Of a DNA stretch of 64,000 bases, positions 22,036 to 34,213 are shown in pieces. How positions within the stretch are numbered: position 1 is the first letter of the stretch; every line of letters begins with the position of its first letter. The stretch comes from Chamaesiphon sp. (GTDB lineage: Bacteria; Cyanobacteriota; Cyanobacteriia; Cyanobacteriales; Chamaesiphonaceae), in NCBI GenBank assembly GCA_965246715.1, contig CBDFFH010000049.1:64001-128000 (forward strand), read 5' to 3'. Below the pieces are notes generated by a model, which saw only the letters and a list, made by a program, of their open reading frames with translations, was not told the origin of the DNA and did no database searches. Both the position numbers and the translations under genes were made by a program.

Positions 22036-22740
22036 TTAACTCAAATAACCAATCCATTGAGATCGAGCCTCTGGCGAACCATACCAGATACCTGCCGTAC
22101 GTGGTGAATGTTTTACTCCTTCAATGGTAATATTCTCAGCTCCGACTAAATGCGCGGCAATAATTGGTGTAATCCCATCACCCCAAACATCCCCCCTCCC
22201 GCAAGTCATCTCATAACTACTATATGCCAGCCACTGACCTATGCGTTTGGCTCCATAGATCGATTTACCAGCAACACAGATATATTTTACCTCGTCTATA
22301 TATTTCGCATCAGGATAATTATCATTGACAAAATTGAGATTTTTCCTCGTCCAGCGTTCGCCACTAATATGCGGCGTTCCAAGGGTAATTAAGTTAGCAA
22401 TCTTGGTTTTAGCATTCCACAACCCCACTGATTCCGGAACATCGCCATGAATCGTATAAGGTATTTCACCTAAATAAATTCGACTAATCCATCCACCTGC
22501 TGAATGTCCGATGAGATTGATTTGCGAGGCATGATTATCTACTAATGCTGCTTTGACCGTTCGAGCGAGTTGGCGTAAAATGGGTATCATCGATCTACCT
22601 CCCAAAGTTGGCAACCAATCTCGTTTCCGTAACGGTACAGTTATCGTCGGCGTTCCAATTTCTATTAGAGCTTGTTGTAGCGGTAGGTAAACATCTGCAC
22701 TTTCGAGATAGCCAGGTAAAATGACAGTAGGCAGCATCAA
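22036..22740 (-). CDS. Alpha/beta hydrolase (lipase/PGAP1-like)
   Basis: GHSAGG nucleophile elbow; LITLGTPH. Confidence 0.85.
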   Translation of the reverse strand: MMLPTVILPGYLESADVYLPLQQALIEIGTPTITVPLRKRDWLPTLGGRSMIPILRQLARTVKAALVDNHASQINLIGHSAGGWISRIYLGEIPYTIHGDVPESVGLWNAKTKIANLITLGTPHISGERWTRKNLNFVNDNYPDAKYIDEVKYICVAGKSIYGAKRIGQWLAYSSYEMTCGRGDVWGDGITPIIAAHLVGAENITIEGVKHSPRTAGIWYGSPEARSQWIGYLS

Positions 22741-22930
22741 GCGTTTGCGATCGTATCTTGAGATCTTAGCACTAGTATCATTCGTCGAGTAAATATTTTA
22801 TCATTTCATCGATCGATGATGTTGAAAATCAGAAGTATATTTGAATCTCAATCCCCTCAATATTTTTAGTTATTAATCGCTCCAACTTTAGGTGCATCTG
22901 TCTTGTTGCGCTTTTTACGTCGGGGAACCC

Positions 22931-24413
22931 GATTCGTGACAAGTTAAGGAGCGAGCGCAGTTGTCAAGCCGGGTTGAGCGGAAGGCTCAAAAAAGAATGA
23001 GCCTTCCCTGCTCGCTTGGTCGGGAAAGGGGTCAATCATTAATTTCTTGAATGGCTTTCGGATAGATTTAATAATACCTAAATCTCTATTTTCAGGAGCT
23101 GCAAAATATTTAATGGGGTCGGTAGCTAAACCTTTGTGATGGGCAACATAAAAATGGTAAAGACCACGATAAATCATCTCTAAAGAAATGCGGTCAAAAG
23201 GAAGAGATAGCTCATCAGCAATCGCATCGCCAAGATCGACTAATACAATATAAAATAGCCAAGTTCCCCAGAGTTGCAACTTAATACCATTAAGTGAGCC
23301 TGTCCAGATATAACTCAATCCTAACAATCGTTTGACAATATTAAATGCCTCTTCTATTCGCCATCTTCTACCATACAAATCGGCAACTACGTAGGGTGGT
23401 AAAATTAATGGGTCAAGCACGCTAGTTAGATAAGAGTACCAAGCTTTACCCATTTTGATTTCCACTAATCTCATCGTGATACATGGAGTTGTTTTATTAC
23501 CAGCACCCATTGTTACTATTCGGTCGCGGATGCTGTAACTATTCGTGAATGCGCTCTCGACGGTAAATGATGCTTTGTTGTTTAGGCGGGTAATTACATG
23601 AACATTCCTTTCGATTAGTTGTTGCCAAAACAGATAATGACAAAATCCTCGATCTAGTAAAATTAATGTCTGGGGCTTGACTAGCTTTAGGATATCTGCC
23701 TCAAACTTCATGTCACTAGCTTTGGCATTCGACTCAAACCAAATTTCTACTGGTAGTCGGGTTACTAGATCGATGACTACTCCTATTTTTCCAGCTAATT
23801 GATTTTTTGGCACATCTGTCAGACTTTCTAATTTCTTGAAGATTGCTTCTAATGTTGAACCGTCACTAGCCCAAACTCTAGCAAATTTAGTTCGGGCAAA
23901 TTGAATACTGGAGGGTAGTTGTCTTTTGTTGCGACTGTGCCATTTTCGCTCGAATTCTGGCAGTAATTCTCTAAATATTCGCTCAAATATTTCAGCGGGA
24001 AATGTCAAAAATCTCTGTGATAATGCTTGTTGGCTGACTTGTGTTGGTTCGCACCAGAGAAATCCTTCTCTGGCGAGTATTCTGCTGAGTTCTCTGACTC
24101 CAGCTACGTCTCGCCAAATTAGTGTCAGCACTGCTGCTACCATCAGCGGCAGATTCAGTATTCTATCCCTCATTCCGAGTTGGCGATAGTACTTTTCTTG
24201 TGCTAGTACTGCTGGCGTGACTAGCTGTTCTAATTGTGCTGCTATCACCTCCTCTTCCATCATCGGACGTTGTTGTCGCTTGGCGTGGTCGCGATTTGTT
24301 GTCCGCTTTTTAGGCATGTGTCAAATTTGGTTCTAACTCTTTGCTAGTAACAGTTTGACATTTTTTCTTTCTCCCCTTGACAACCCTCGGTTTTTCTTAA
24401 CTTGTCACGAATC
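22931..24413 (-). mobile_element. IS4-family insertion sequence, apparently intact
   Basis: Inverted repeats GATTCGTGACAAGTTAAG / CTTAACTTGTCACGAATC; direct repeat GGGGAACCC at 22922-22930 and 24414-24422 (7 bp if the ends are 1 nt longer). Confidence 0.92.
22944..24317 (-). CDS. IS4-family DDE transposase
   Basis: DGST, LDRGF and YGRRWRIEEAF (YxxRxxIE) motifs; stop codon lies inside the terminal repeat. Confidence 0.95.
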   Translation of the reverse strand: MPKKRTTNRDHAKRQQRPMMEEEVIAAQLEQLVTPAVLAQEKYYRQLGMRDRILNLPLMVAAVLTLIWRDVAGVRELSRILAREGFLWCEPTQVSQQALSQRFLTFPAEIFERIFRELLPEFERKWHSRNKRQLPSSIQFARTKFARVWASDGSTLEAIFKKLESLTDVPKNQLAGKIGVVIDLVTRLPVEIWFESNAKASDMKFEADILKLVKPQTLILLDRGFCHYLFWQQLIERNVHVITRLNNKASFTVESAFTNSYSIRDRIVTMGAGNKTTPCITMRLVEIKMGKAWYSYLTSVLDPLILPPYVVADLYGRRWRIEEAFNIVKRLLGLSYIWTGSLNGIKLQLWGTWLFYIVLVDLGDAIADELSLPFDRISLEMIYRGLYHFYVAHHKGLATDPIKYFAAPENRDLGIIKSIRKPFKKLMIDPFPDQASREGSFFFEPSAQPGLTTALAP

Positions 24414-24704
24414 GGGGAACCCGACGAGCGCGCACCGCTTCAAAAACTTCCACAGCAACTCAATTTGCCAACGACTTCGATAAAACTCTCCAATTTCTTC
24501 ATTGCTTATTGCGAATTCTCCGCTTATCTGAATGGGGTCATTTTCTACTGGTTATTTCTATCCTTCAACACTTCTGGTTGAAAATATCTAAATACTTTTT
24601 AATTCTATCTCAAGAGCAGCCTGAAGATGGGCAGTGTAAAAAATACGTAGACAACTAATTCTACTAATTATTAATAACCATTTGATTCTAATAGAATCAA
24701 ATAT

Positions 24705-24737
24705 GAAAAAGCCCATCATAGTGTGATAGGCTTTTTC
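24705..24737 (-). terminator. rrn operon intrinsic terminator
   Basis: GAAAAAGCC...GGCTTTTTC hairpin immediately downstream of 5S. Confidence 0.7.
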
Positions 24738-24746
24738 GAGTATTAA

Positions 24747-24866
24747 GCTTGGCACCGAGCTATTTTGACAGGGGGCAACCCCCCAACTATCGTCGCCGCA
24801 ACAGCGTTTAACAACCGAGTTCGGGAAGGGATCGGAGTGGAACCACTATGCCATAGACACCAAGCA
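24747..24866 (-). rRNA. rrf: 5S rRNA
   Basis: GATCCCTTCCCGAACTCGG core; paired ends GCTTGGTG / CGGTGCCAAGC. Confidence 0.95.
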
Positions 24867-24952
24867 GGTGTGGTTTTAACGCACACCTTGAAGACTGCAG
24901 AGTAATCAACATATTTATTGTCAGGGATGGCAAATCCAAATCTTGATTTACG

Positions 24953-27844
<2,892 letters not shown>

Positions 27845-28107
27845 ACTTCATGACTTTACTCAAACAACTTGTTATTCACTTTGTTGCTTCAACTTTGTCA
27901 TGAGTTTAAATTAGTTTGGATTGTCTGTAATCTTGCGATTACGACTACCTGACTTGTTGATTACTATGCAGTTGTCAAGGTGCGAACTGGACTTTAAGTC
28001 CAGCAGACTACTTTTTAGTTAGTAGGTGCTGAAATCACTTCCGCTGTTTGCTGGTTGATTCTAGTTTGAAGCTGAGTGTGTTGGTTTTAGCTGATGGTGG
28101 AAACCAA

Positions 28108-28180
28108 TGGAGGTTAGCGGACTCGAACCGCTGACATCCTGCTTGCAAAGCAGGCGCTCTACCAACTGAGCTAAACCCCC
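28108..28180 (-). tRNA. tRNA-Ala(UGC)
   Basis: GGGGGTTTAGCTCAGTTGGTAGAGCGCCTGCTTTGCAAGCAGG...TTCGAGTCC...CCTCCA. Confidence 0.97.
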
Positions 28181-28248
28181 TAGTTTGTTTAACAGTTACT
28201 GGTGTTTGAATTCAGTTAGGTGCTAAATTTACAACTGATAAGAAAAGA

Positions 28249-28322
<74 letters not shown>

Positions 28323-28442
28323 AGGTCAGCTGAACTAGAATATAAGTTTGAAAGCCACTCTCGATAACTCGCTCGACCTTGGGATAACATATATCTGACT
28401 TAATCCAAATTGTTTCGGTCGAGATATTGTGAGGTCTCCCTA

Positions 28443-29929
<1,487 letters not shown>

Positions 29930-30067
29930 AATATATGAAGAGCCACTAACTTGGCTCGATTTGTATTATTTTAAGACTCTACTCGTCTGCTCTTCCCATA
30001 ACTGAGTTGAGCTGTTATAATCGTGTTAACGAAATTAACGAGGTTTAATCGGCTTTCAAACTATATA

Positions 30068-30080
30068 GTTGTCTAGGTTC
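30068..30080 (-). promoter_or_regulatory. rrn leader boxA-like antitermination element
   Basis: GAACCTAGACAAC; similar GCACCTTGACAAC in the 16S-23S spacer near 27971-27983. Confidence 0.6.
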
Positions 30081-30151
30081 AGGGTGAAGAGTTTGGCTCT
30101 AGGAGCGACTTCCGTCGTTTCCGTGTCGCCGTTTCCCTCGACCGCTTTACT

Positions 30152-30180
30152 AATATAGCTTGTCTGTCTTTGATTGTCAA
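30152..30180 (-). promoter_or_regulatory. sigma70-type rrn promoter
   Basis: TTGACA-17 nt-TATATT on minus strand upstream of 16S. Confidence 0.85.
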
Positions 30181-30714
30181 TACTTTCACGCAAAATATTT
30201 TTTTCCAGTGGCCGTATACCTTTGACTCCTGTTGGTGCTAGCCTTTCTCCCCGGCTGTGCGAATTCTTTGGAAAATTTGGGTCGCGCTCTCTCGCAAATG
30301 AGTTGTGAAAATTAGCCACAGTAGCAGTCTGGGCGATTTTAGGATCTAATCTTTTACCTAGTCTACTTCTACCTCCCACTGAGTTGATGCTTTCGAGCGG
30401 CTTTGCTAGGCTCTGTTTGAGGTGTATTGACAGTTGCAGTTGCTAGGATAAACCCCTCACGACAGTCACTTATTGGTTGGGGATTAGATAAGGATGGGAT
30501 GGTGAAAATTGCAGATTGGGACAATCACTCCCCGAAACCTAGCCCCTATTACCTATATATGGATAAAATAGTAAGCAGATTGAGTTCTTAGCTGGGACGG
30601 CATCGGTCATACCGATCGAAAATCTTGCAACTATATCTAGTCAGGAGATTTTCAAGAGCGATTGTGCGACAGCTTGGGGTTCGGTCTTTATTCCTTAATG
30701 ACTATCAATAATCT

Positions 30715-31077
30715 GTGTTTGTCTTAAACGGTTATGAATATCTGCTGGGCTTCTTACTGACTTGTAGCTTGGTACCGATCCTAGCTTTGTCAGCATCTAA
30801 ACTACTGCGCCCGAGTGGTGGTGGCCCCGAACGGCGAACTACCTACGAGTCAGGGATGGAGCCGATCGGCGGAGCGTGGATTCAATTTAATATTCGTTAC
30901 TATATGTTTGCGTTGGTCTTTGTCGTCTTTGACGTAGAGACAGTATTCTTATACCCGTGGGCGGTAGCGTTTAGTCAATTAGGCTTACTTGCTTTTATTG
31001 AAGCTCTTGTTTTCATCGCAATTCTGGTAATTGCGTTAGTTTATGCTTGGCGCAAAGGAGCCTTAGAATGGTCATGA
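30715..31077 (+). CDS. ndhC: NDH-1 subunit 3
   Basis: [39 protein letters not shown]. Confidence 0.97.
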   Translation: MFVLNGYEYLLGFLLTCSLVPILALSASKLLRPSGGGPERRTTYESGMEPIGGAWIQFNIRYYMFALVFVVFDVETVFLYPWAVAFSQLGLLAFIEALVFIAILVIALVYAWRKGALEWS

Positions 31078-31796
31078 TCCCCAATATTGTCAACGATGAC
31101 GATCGAATTTCCAATCCGATCGAGCGACCTCAAGTTACCACCGAATTGTCGGAGAATGTAATTCTGACGACGGTAGACGATCTCTACAATTGGTCGCGGT
31201 TATCTAGTCTGTGGCCGCTGTTGTTTGGTACGGCATGCTGCTTTATTGAAATGGCGGCAATGATCGGATCGCGATTTGATTTCGATCGATATGGATTAGT
31301 ACCCCGTGCGAGTACTCGTCAGGCAGACTTATTGATCACGGCTGGGACGATTACGATGAAAATGGCACCCGCACTGGTGCGACTCTACGAACAGATGCCC
31401 GAACCCAAGTATGTAATTGCGATGGGTGCTTGTACGATTACGGGTGGGATGTTTAGTGCTGACTCGCCGACTGCGGTGCGGGGTGTCGATAAACTCATTC
31501 CGGTAGATATTTATCTTCCTGGCTGTCCGCCGCGCCCTGAAGCGATCATGGATGCGATTATTAAACTGCGGAAAAAGATTGGGAATGAATCGATGCAGGA
31601 ACGGGGTAAATTGAACCAAACCCATCGTTATTACAGTACGACTCATAGCATGAAGGTCGTACCGCCGATTTTGACAGGAGCGTATCTGCAAACGGGAACT
31701 CATGACAATCCACCAGCAGAAATCGCTGCGGCGATGGGAATGCCCGTCTCACCAGCGCTAGTCTCAGCTCAAAAACAGGAGGTCGAACGTGGCTGA
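31068..31796 (+). CDS. ndhK: NDH-1 subunit K
   Basis: [26 protein letters not shown]; start moved to in-frame ATG at 31068 overlapping ndhC end. Confidence 0.96.
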   Translation: MVMIPNIVNDDDRISNPIERPQVTTELSENVILTTVDDLYNWSRLSSLWPLLFGTACCFIEMAAMIGSRFDFDRYGLVPRASTRQADLLITAGTITMKMAPALVRLYEQMPEPKYVIAMGACTITGGMFSADSPTAVRGVDKLIPVDIYLPGCPPRPEAIMDAIIKLRKKIGNESMQERGKLNQTHRYYSTTHSMKVVPPILTGAYLQTGTHDNPPAEIAAAMGMPVSPALVSAQKQEVERG

Positions 31797-32328
31797 AGAA
31801 AAAGCTAAAGAAGCTACCGAAATTGCTCCAGCGTCAGCACCAATCGTGCCTGCTGGCAAAGTGTCTCAATGGCTGACACAGAATGGGTTCCTGGATCAAA
31901 CTGCGTTAGCTAATGACAATCTAGGCGTGGAAGTCATCAAGGTGGAGCCGCAATTCTTGTTACCGATAGCCACAGCACTTTATGCCTATGGATTTAACTA
32001 TCTGCAATGTCAGGGTGGTTATGATGTAGGGCCTGGGGATGAGTTGGTGAGTTTTTATCACTTAACTAAGCTGAGCGATAATGCCGATCGACCAGAAGAG
32101 GTTAGAGTTAAGGTGTTTTTGCCGCGTGAAAATCCGGTAGTGCCATCTGTATATTGGATTTGGCGAACTGTTGATTGGCAAGAGCGTGAAACTTTTGATA
32201 TGTATGGGATTGTCTATGATGGACATCCTAATCTCAAGCGGTTGTTGATGCCTGAGGATTGGGTGGGTTATCCACTGCGGAAGGATTATGTTTCACCTGA
32301 TTTTTATGAGTTGCAAGATGCTCATTAG
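31789..32328 (+). CDS. ndhJ: NDH-1 subunit J
   Basis: [35 protein letters not shown]. Confidence 0.96.
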   Translation: MAEEKAKEATEIAPASAPIVPAGKVSQWLTQNGFLDQTALANDNLGVEVIKVEPQFLLPIATALYAYGFNYLQCQGGYDVGPGDELVSFYHLTKLSDNADRPEEVRVKVFLPRENPVVPSVYWIWRTVDWQERETFDMYGIVYDGHPNLKRLLMPEDWVGYPLRKDYVSPDFYELQDAH

Positions 32329-32334
32329 CGATCG

Positions 32335-32447
32335 GGTGTTGCTGAAGTGATGTATATAATCTGTGGTAGGGGCAATTCATGAATTGTCCCTACCACAGGT
32401 TTTCCCATTCGCATAATTTGTAAATCATACCCAAAATCAATAACTCC
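32335..32447. repeat. Degenerate MITE-like element carrying GTAGGGGCAATTCATGAATTGTCCCTAC hairpin
   Basis: Ends GGTGTTGCTGAA... / ...TCATACCCAAAATCAATAACTCC; flanks AGCGATCG / GGCGATCG (7 of 8 match); core palindrome 32361-32398. Confidence 0.75.
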
Positions 32448-32632
32448 GGCGATCGGATGTTTGGAGGATCTTAGTTCTAAGTTTAGGTGGTGTGAATCCC
32501 TCTGAATTCACCTGAAAATGGCGAATTTGCCGCTATTAGACTCGGATATGCCTCCGATAATTATTTAAAGTTTCCCCGCAATGGAGCGGGTTTTCTATTT
32601 ATAGGTTGGTACGATTCGATCGAGTTTGACTG

Positions 32633-33403
32633 CTATTCGAGTAAGTCTGGTTGCTGTGTAATTATCATTTCATAGAGCGATTGAAAACAGAACCAGCCGA
32701 TATTATGGGAACCGACTTGCTGTTGAGCTAGAGCAGCTATTTTGGGTTTTATTTTGATGGGTTTTCCGGCGGCTTCAGCTAAAAGTTGGGTTTGGCACGA
32801 GCGATCCATCGTAATAAACCACCAGGCGGCTTCGTCGATAGTGTGTCCGACAGTCAGTAAGCCGTGGTTTTGAAGGATAATGGCTTTATGTTGGCCTAAT
32901 GTTTTGGCAATTTTTGCGCCTTCTTTGGGATCCAGTACTACGCCGCTATAATCTTCAAATAAACTATGATCTTGGTAAAAACTACAGGCATCTTGAGTGA
33001 GTGGATCTAAAAGTTTGCCCAAGCTCGACCAACTTTTGCCATAGATGGAGTGAGCGTGCGCGGCAGCAATAACATCGGGACGAGCGTAATGAATCGCAGA
33101 ATGGATGGCAAAAGCTGCTTGATTGACGGGTTTGTTGCCTTCAACAACTTCGCCCCGATCGTTTACTAGTAGCAGATCGCTGGCACGAATCAGGCCAAAA
33201 TGGATGCCAAAGGGATTGACCCAAAAATGGTCTAATTTTTCCGGATCGCGAGCGGTGATATGTCCGGCGACTCCTTCATTAAAGCCAAATTTGGCAAAGA
33301 TTCGCAAGGCAGCAGCCAATTTTTGACGGCGATGCCAACGTTCGGCTCCAATATCGTCGAATTTTGGTGGTTGTGGAATTTGAGGAGTTTGAATATCTGT
33401 CAC
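32633..33403 (-). CDS. Class II aldolase/adducin family protein
   Basis: EGVAGHITARDP, AFAIHSAIH, AAAHAHS, LQNHGLL; GTG at 33403 with GAGGT RBS preferred over 33448. Confidence 0.9.
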   Translation of the reverse strand: MTDIQTPQIPQPPKFDDIGAERWHRRQKLAAALRIFAKFGFNEGVAGHITARDPEKLDHFWVNPFGIHFGLIRASDLLLVNDRGEVVEGNKPVNQAAFAIHSAIHYARPDVIAAAHAHSIYGKSWSSLGKLLDPLTQDACSFYQDHSLFEDYSGVVLDPKEGAKIAKTLGQHKAIILQNHGLLTVGHTIDEAAWWFITMDRSCQTQLLAEAAGKPIKIKPKIAALAQQQVGSHNIGWFCFQSLYEMIITQQPDLLE

Positions 33404-33584
33404 GATCGTTTTACCTCGATACGTTATTTCAAGTGGCTTCGATCTCAAAAACCGTGCTGCTACCCGATCGGTCTATCGATCGATTGTAATACTTAAGGGC
33501 GATCGACATGAACAGTAGTTGGGCGAATAAATTCGCGACTGCATCATCAAACTGTGCCTTGGCACACTAAAAGCGAGTTAGAAA

Positions 33585-34097
33585 ATGCTTTACGATCTTG
33601 AATCTGGAGTCGTTACTCTACCGATAAACAACGAGCGACTAACAAATTTACCCCGTTTGCTGGCTGTTGGCGATCGACTTTTTAGTATCAAGTCAGAATT
33701 TCATCTCACAATTATCGGCTCTAAGTTGGGACAAAAACTACTGAGATCGATCGGCGAGATGGAATATCGAGATTGCTTGAGTCAGATTGCTGATGAAATC
33801 GACTGGCAGTGGGCATTTGAGGAAAAATATTATCATGTCATCAAACCGCCGCTGGAGCTGAGTGAGACTGAGGAAGGGACGTTCGAGGTAATCCAATCCG
33901 AAAGCATCATTCAACTAGTGGTATTACCTGGAATCGATCGATTTTATCAGCAACTTTCAAGCCTGTTAAGAAAACAACCGATTTCACCACCCCCACACGT
34001 TACGCTGTATGTCTACGGTAATTTAAGGGGGATTGGGATTGCGGATCGAGATGTGCTTAACCAGTATGCAGTCGAGTATCATCCGGACTGGATTTAA
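33585..34097 (+). CDS. Putative 2H phosphoesterase superfamily protein
   Basis: Two HxT motifs (EFHLTII, PPHVTLY) about 95 aa apart in a 170-aa ORF. Confidence 0.6.
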   Translation: MLYDLESGVVTLPINNERLTNLPRLLAVGDRLFSIKSEFHLTIIGSKLGQKLLRSIGEMEYRDCLSQIADEIDWQWAFEEKYYHVIKPPLELSETEEGTFEVIQSESIIQLVVLPGIDRFYQQLSSLLRKQPISPPPHVTLYVYGNLRGIGIADRDVLNQYAVEYHPDWI

Positions 34098-34213
34098 AAT
34101 CGAGGCTAACCGATCGAATCAGCTCTATCTTGCTGTGGATCTGCTACAGATCTAAGTCATCAAGATGTGTTAAAACATAGGTTTGCTCCATCGCAAATTA
34201 TTTGCTCTACCCT

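Larger units (their letters stand above)
22830..24576 (-). mobile_element. Internally deleted IS4-derived miniature element (outer layer of nest)
   Basis: Ends CAGAAGT / ACTTCTG; 9-bp direct repeat GTTGAAAAT at 22821-22829 and 24577-24585; residual frame EEIGEFYRSRWQIELLWKFLK//MHLKLERLITKN. Confidence 0.8.

Noticed and set aside
21774..22130. 118-aa ORF and possible small RNA (TCCTCACATAGACAC, reminiscent of Yfr1; GGCTGTTTCGTTTTCGAC, reminiscent of a tmRNA 5' end)
   Set aside because: Motifs match only partly and the expected flanking structures are absent; an Rfam scan would settle it
30056..30379. 107-aa ORF upstream of 16S
   Set aside because: Overlaps the rrn promoter and leader
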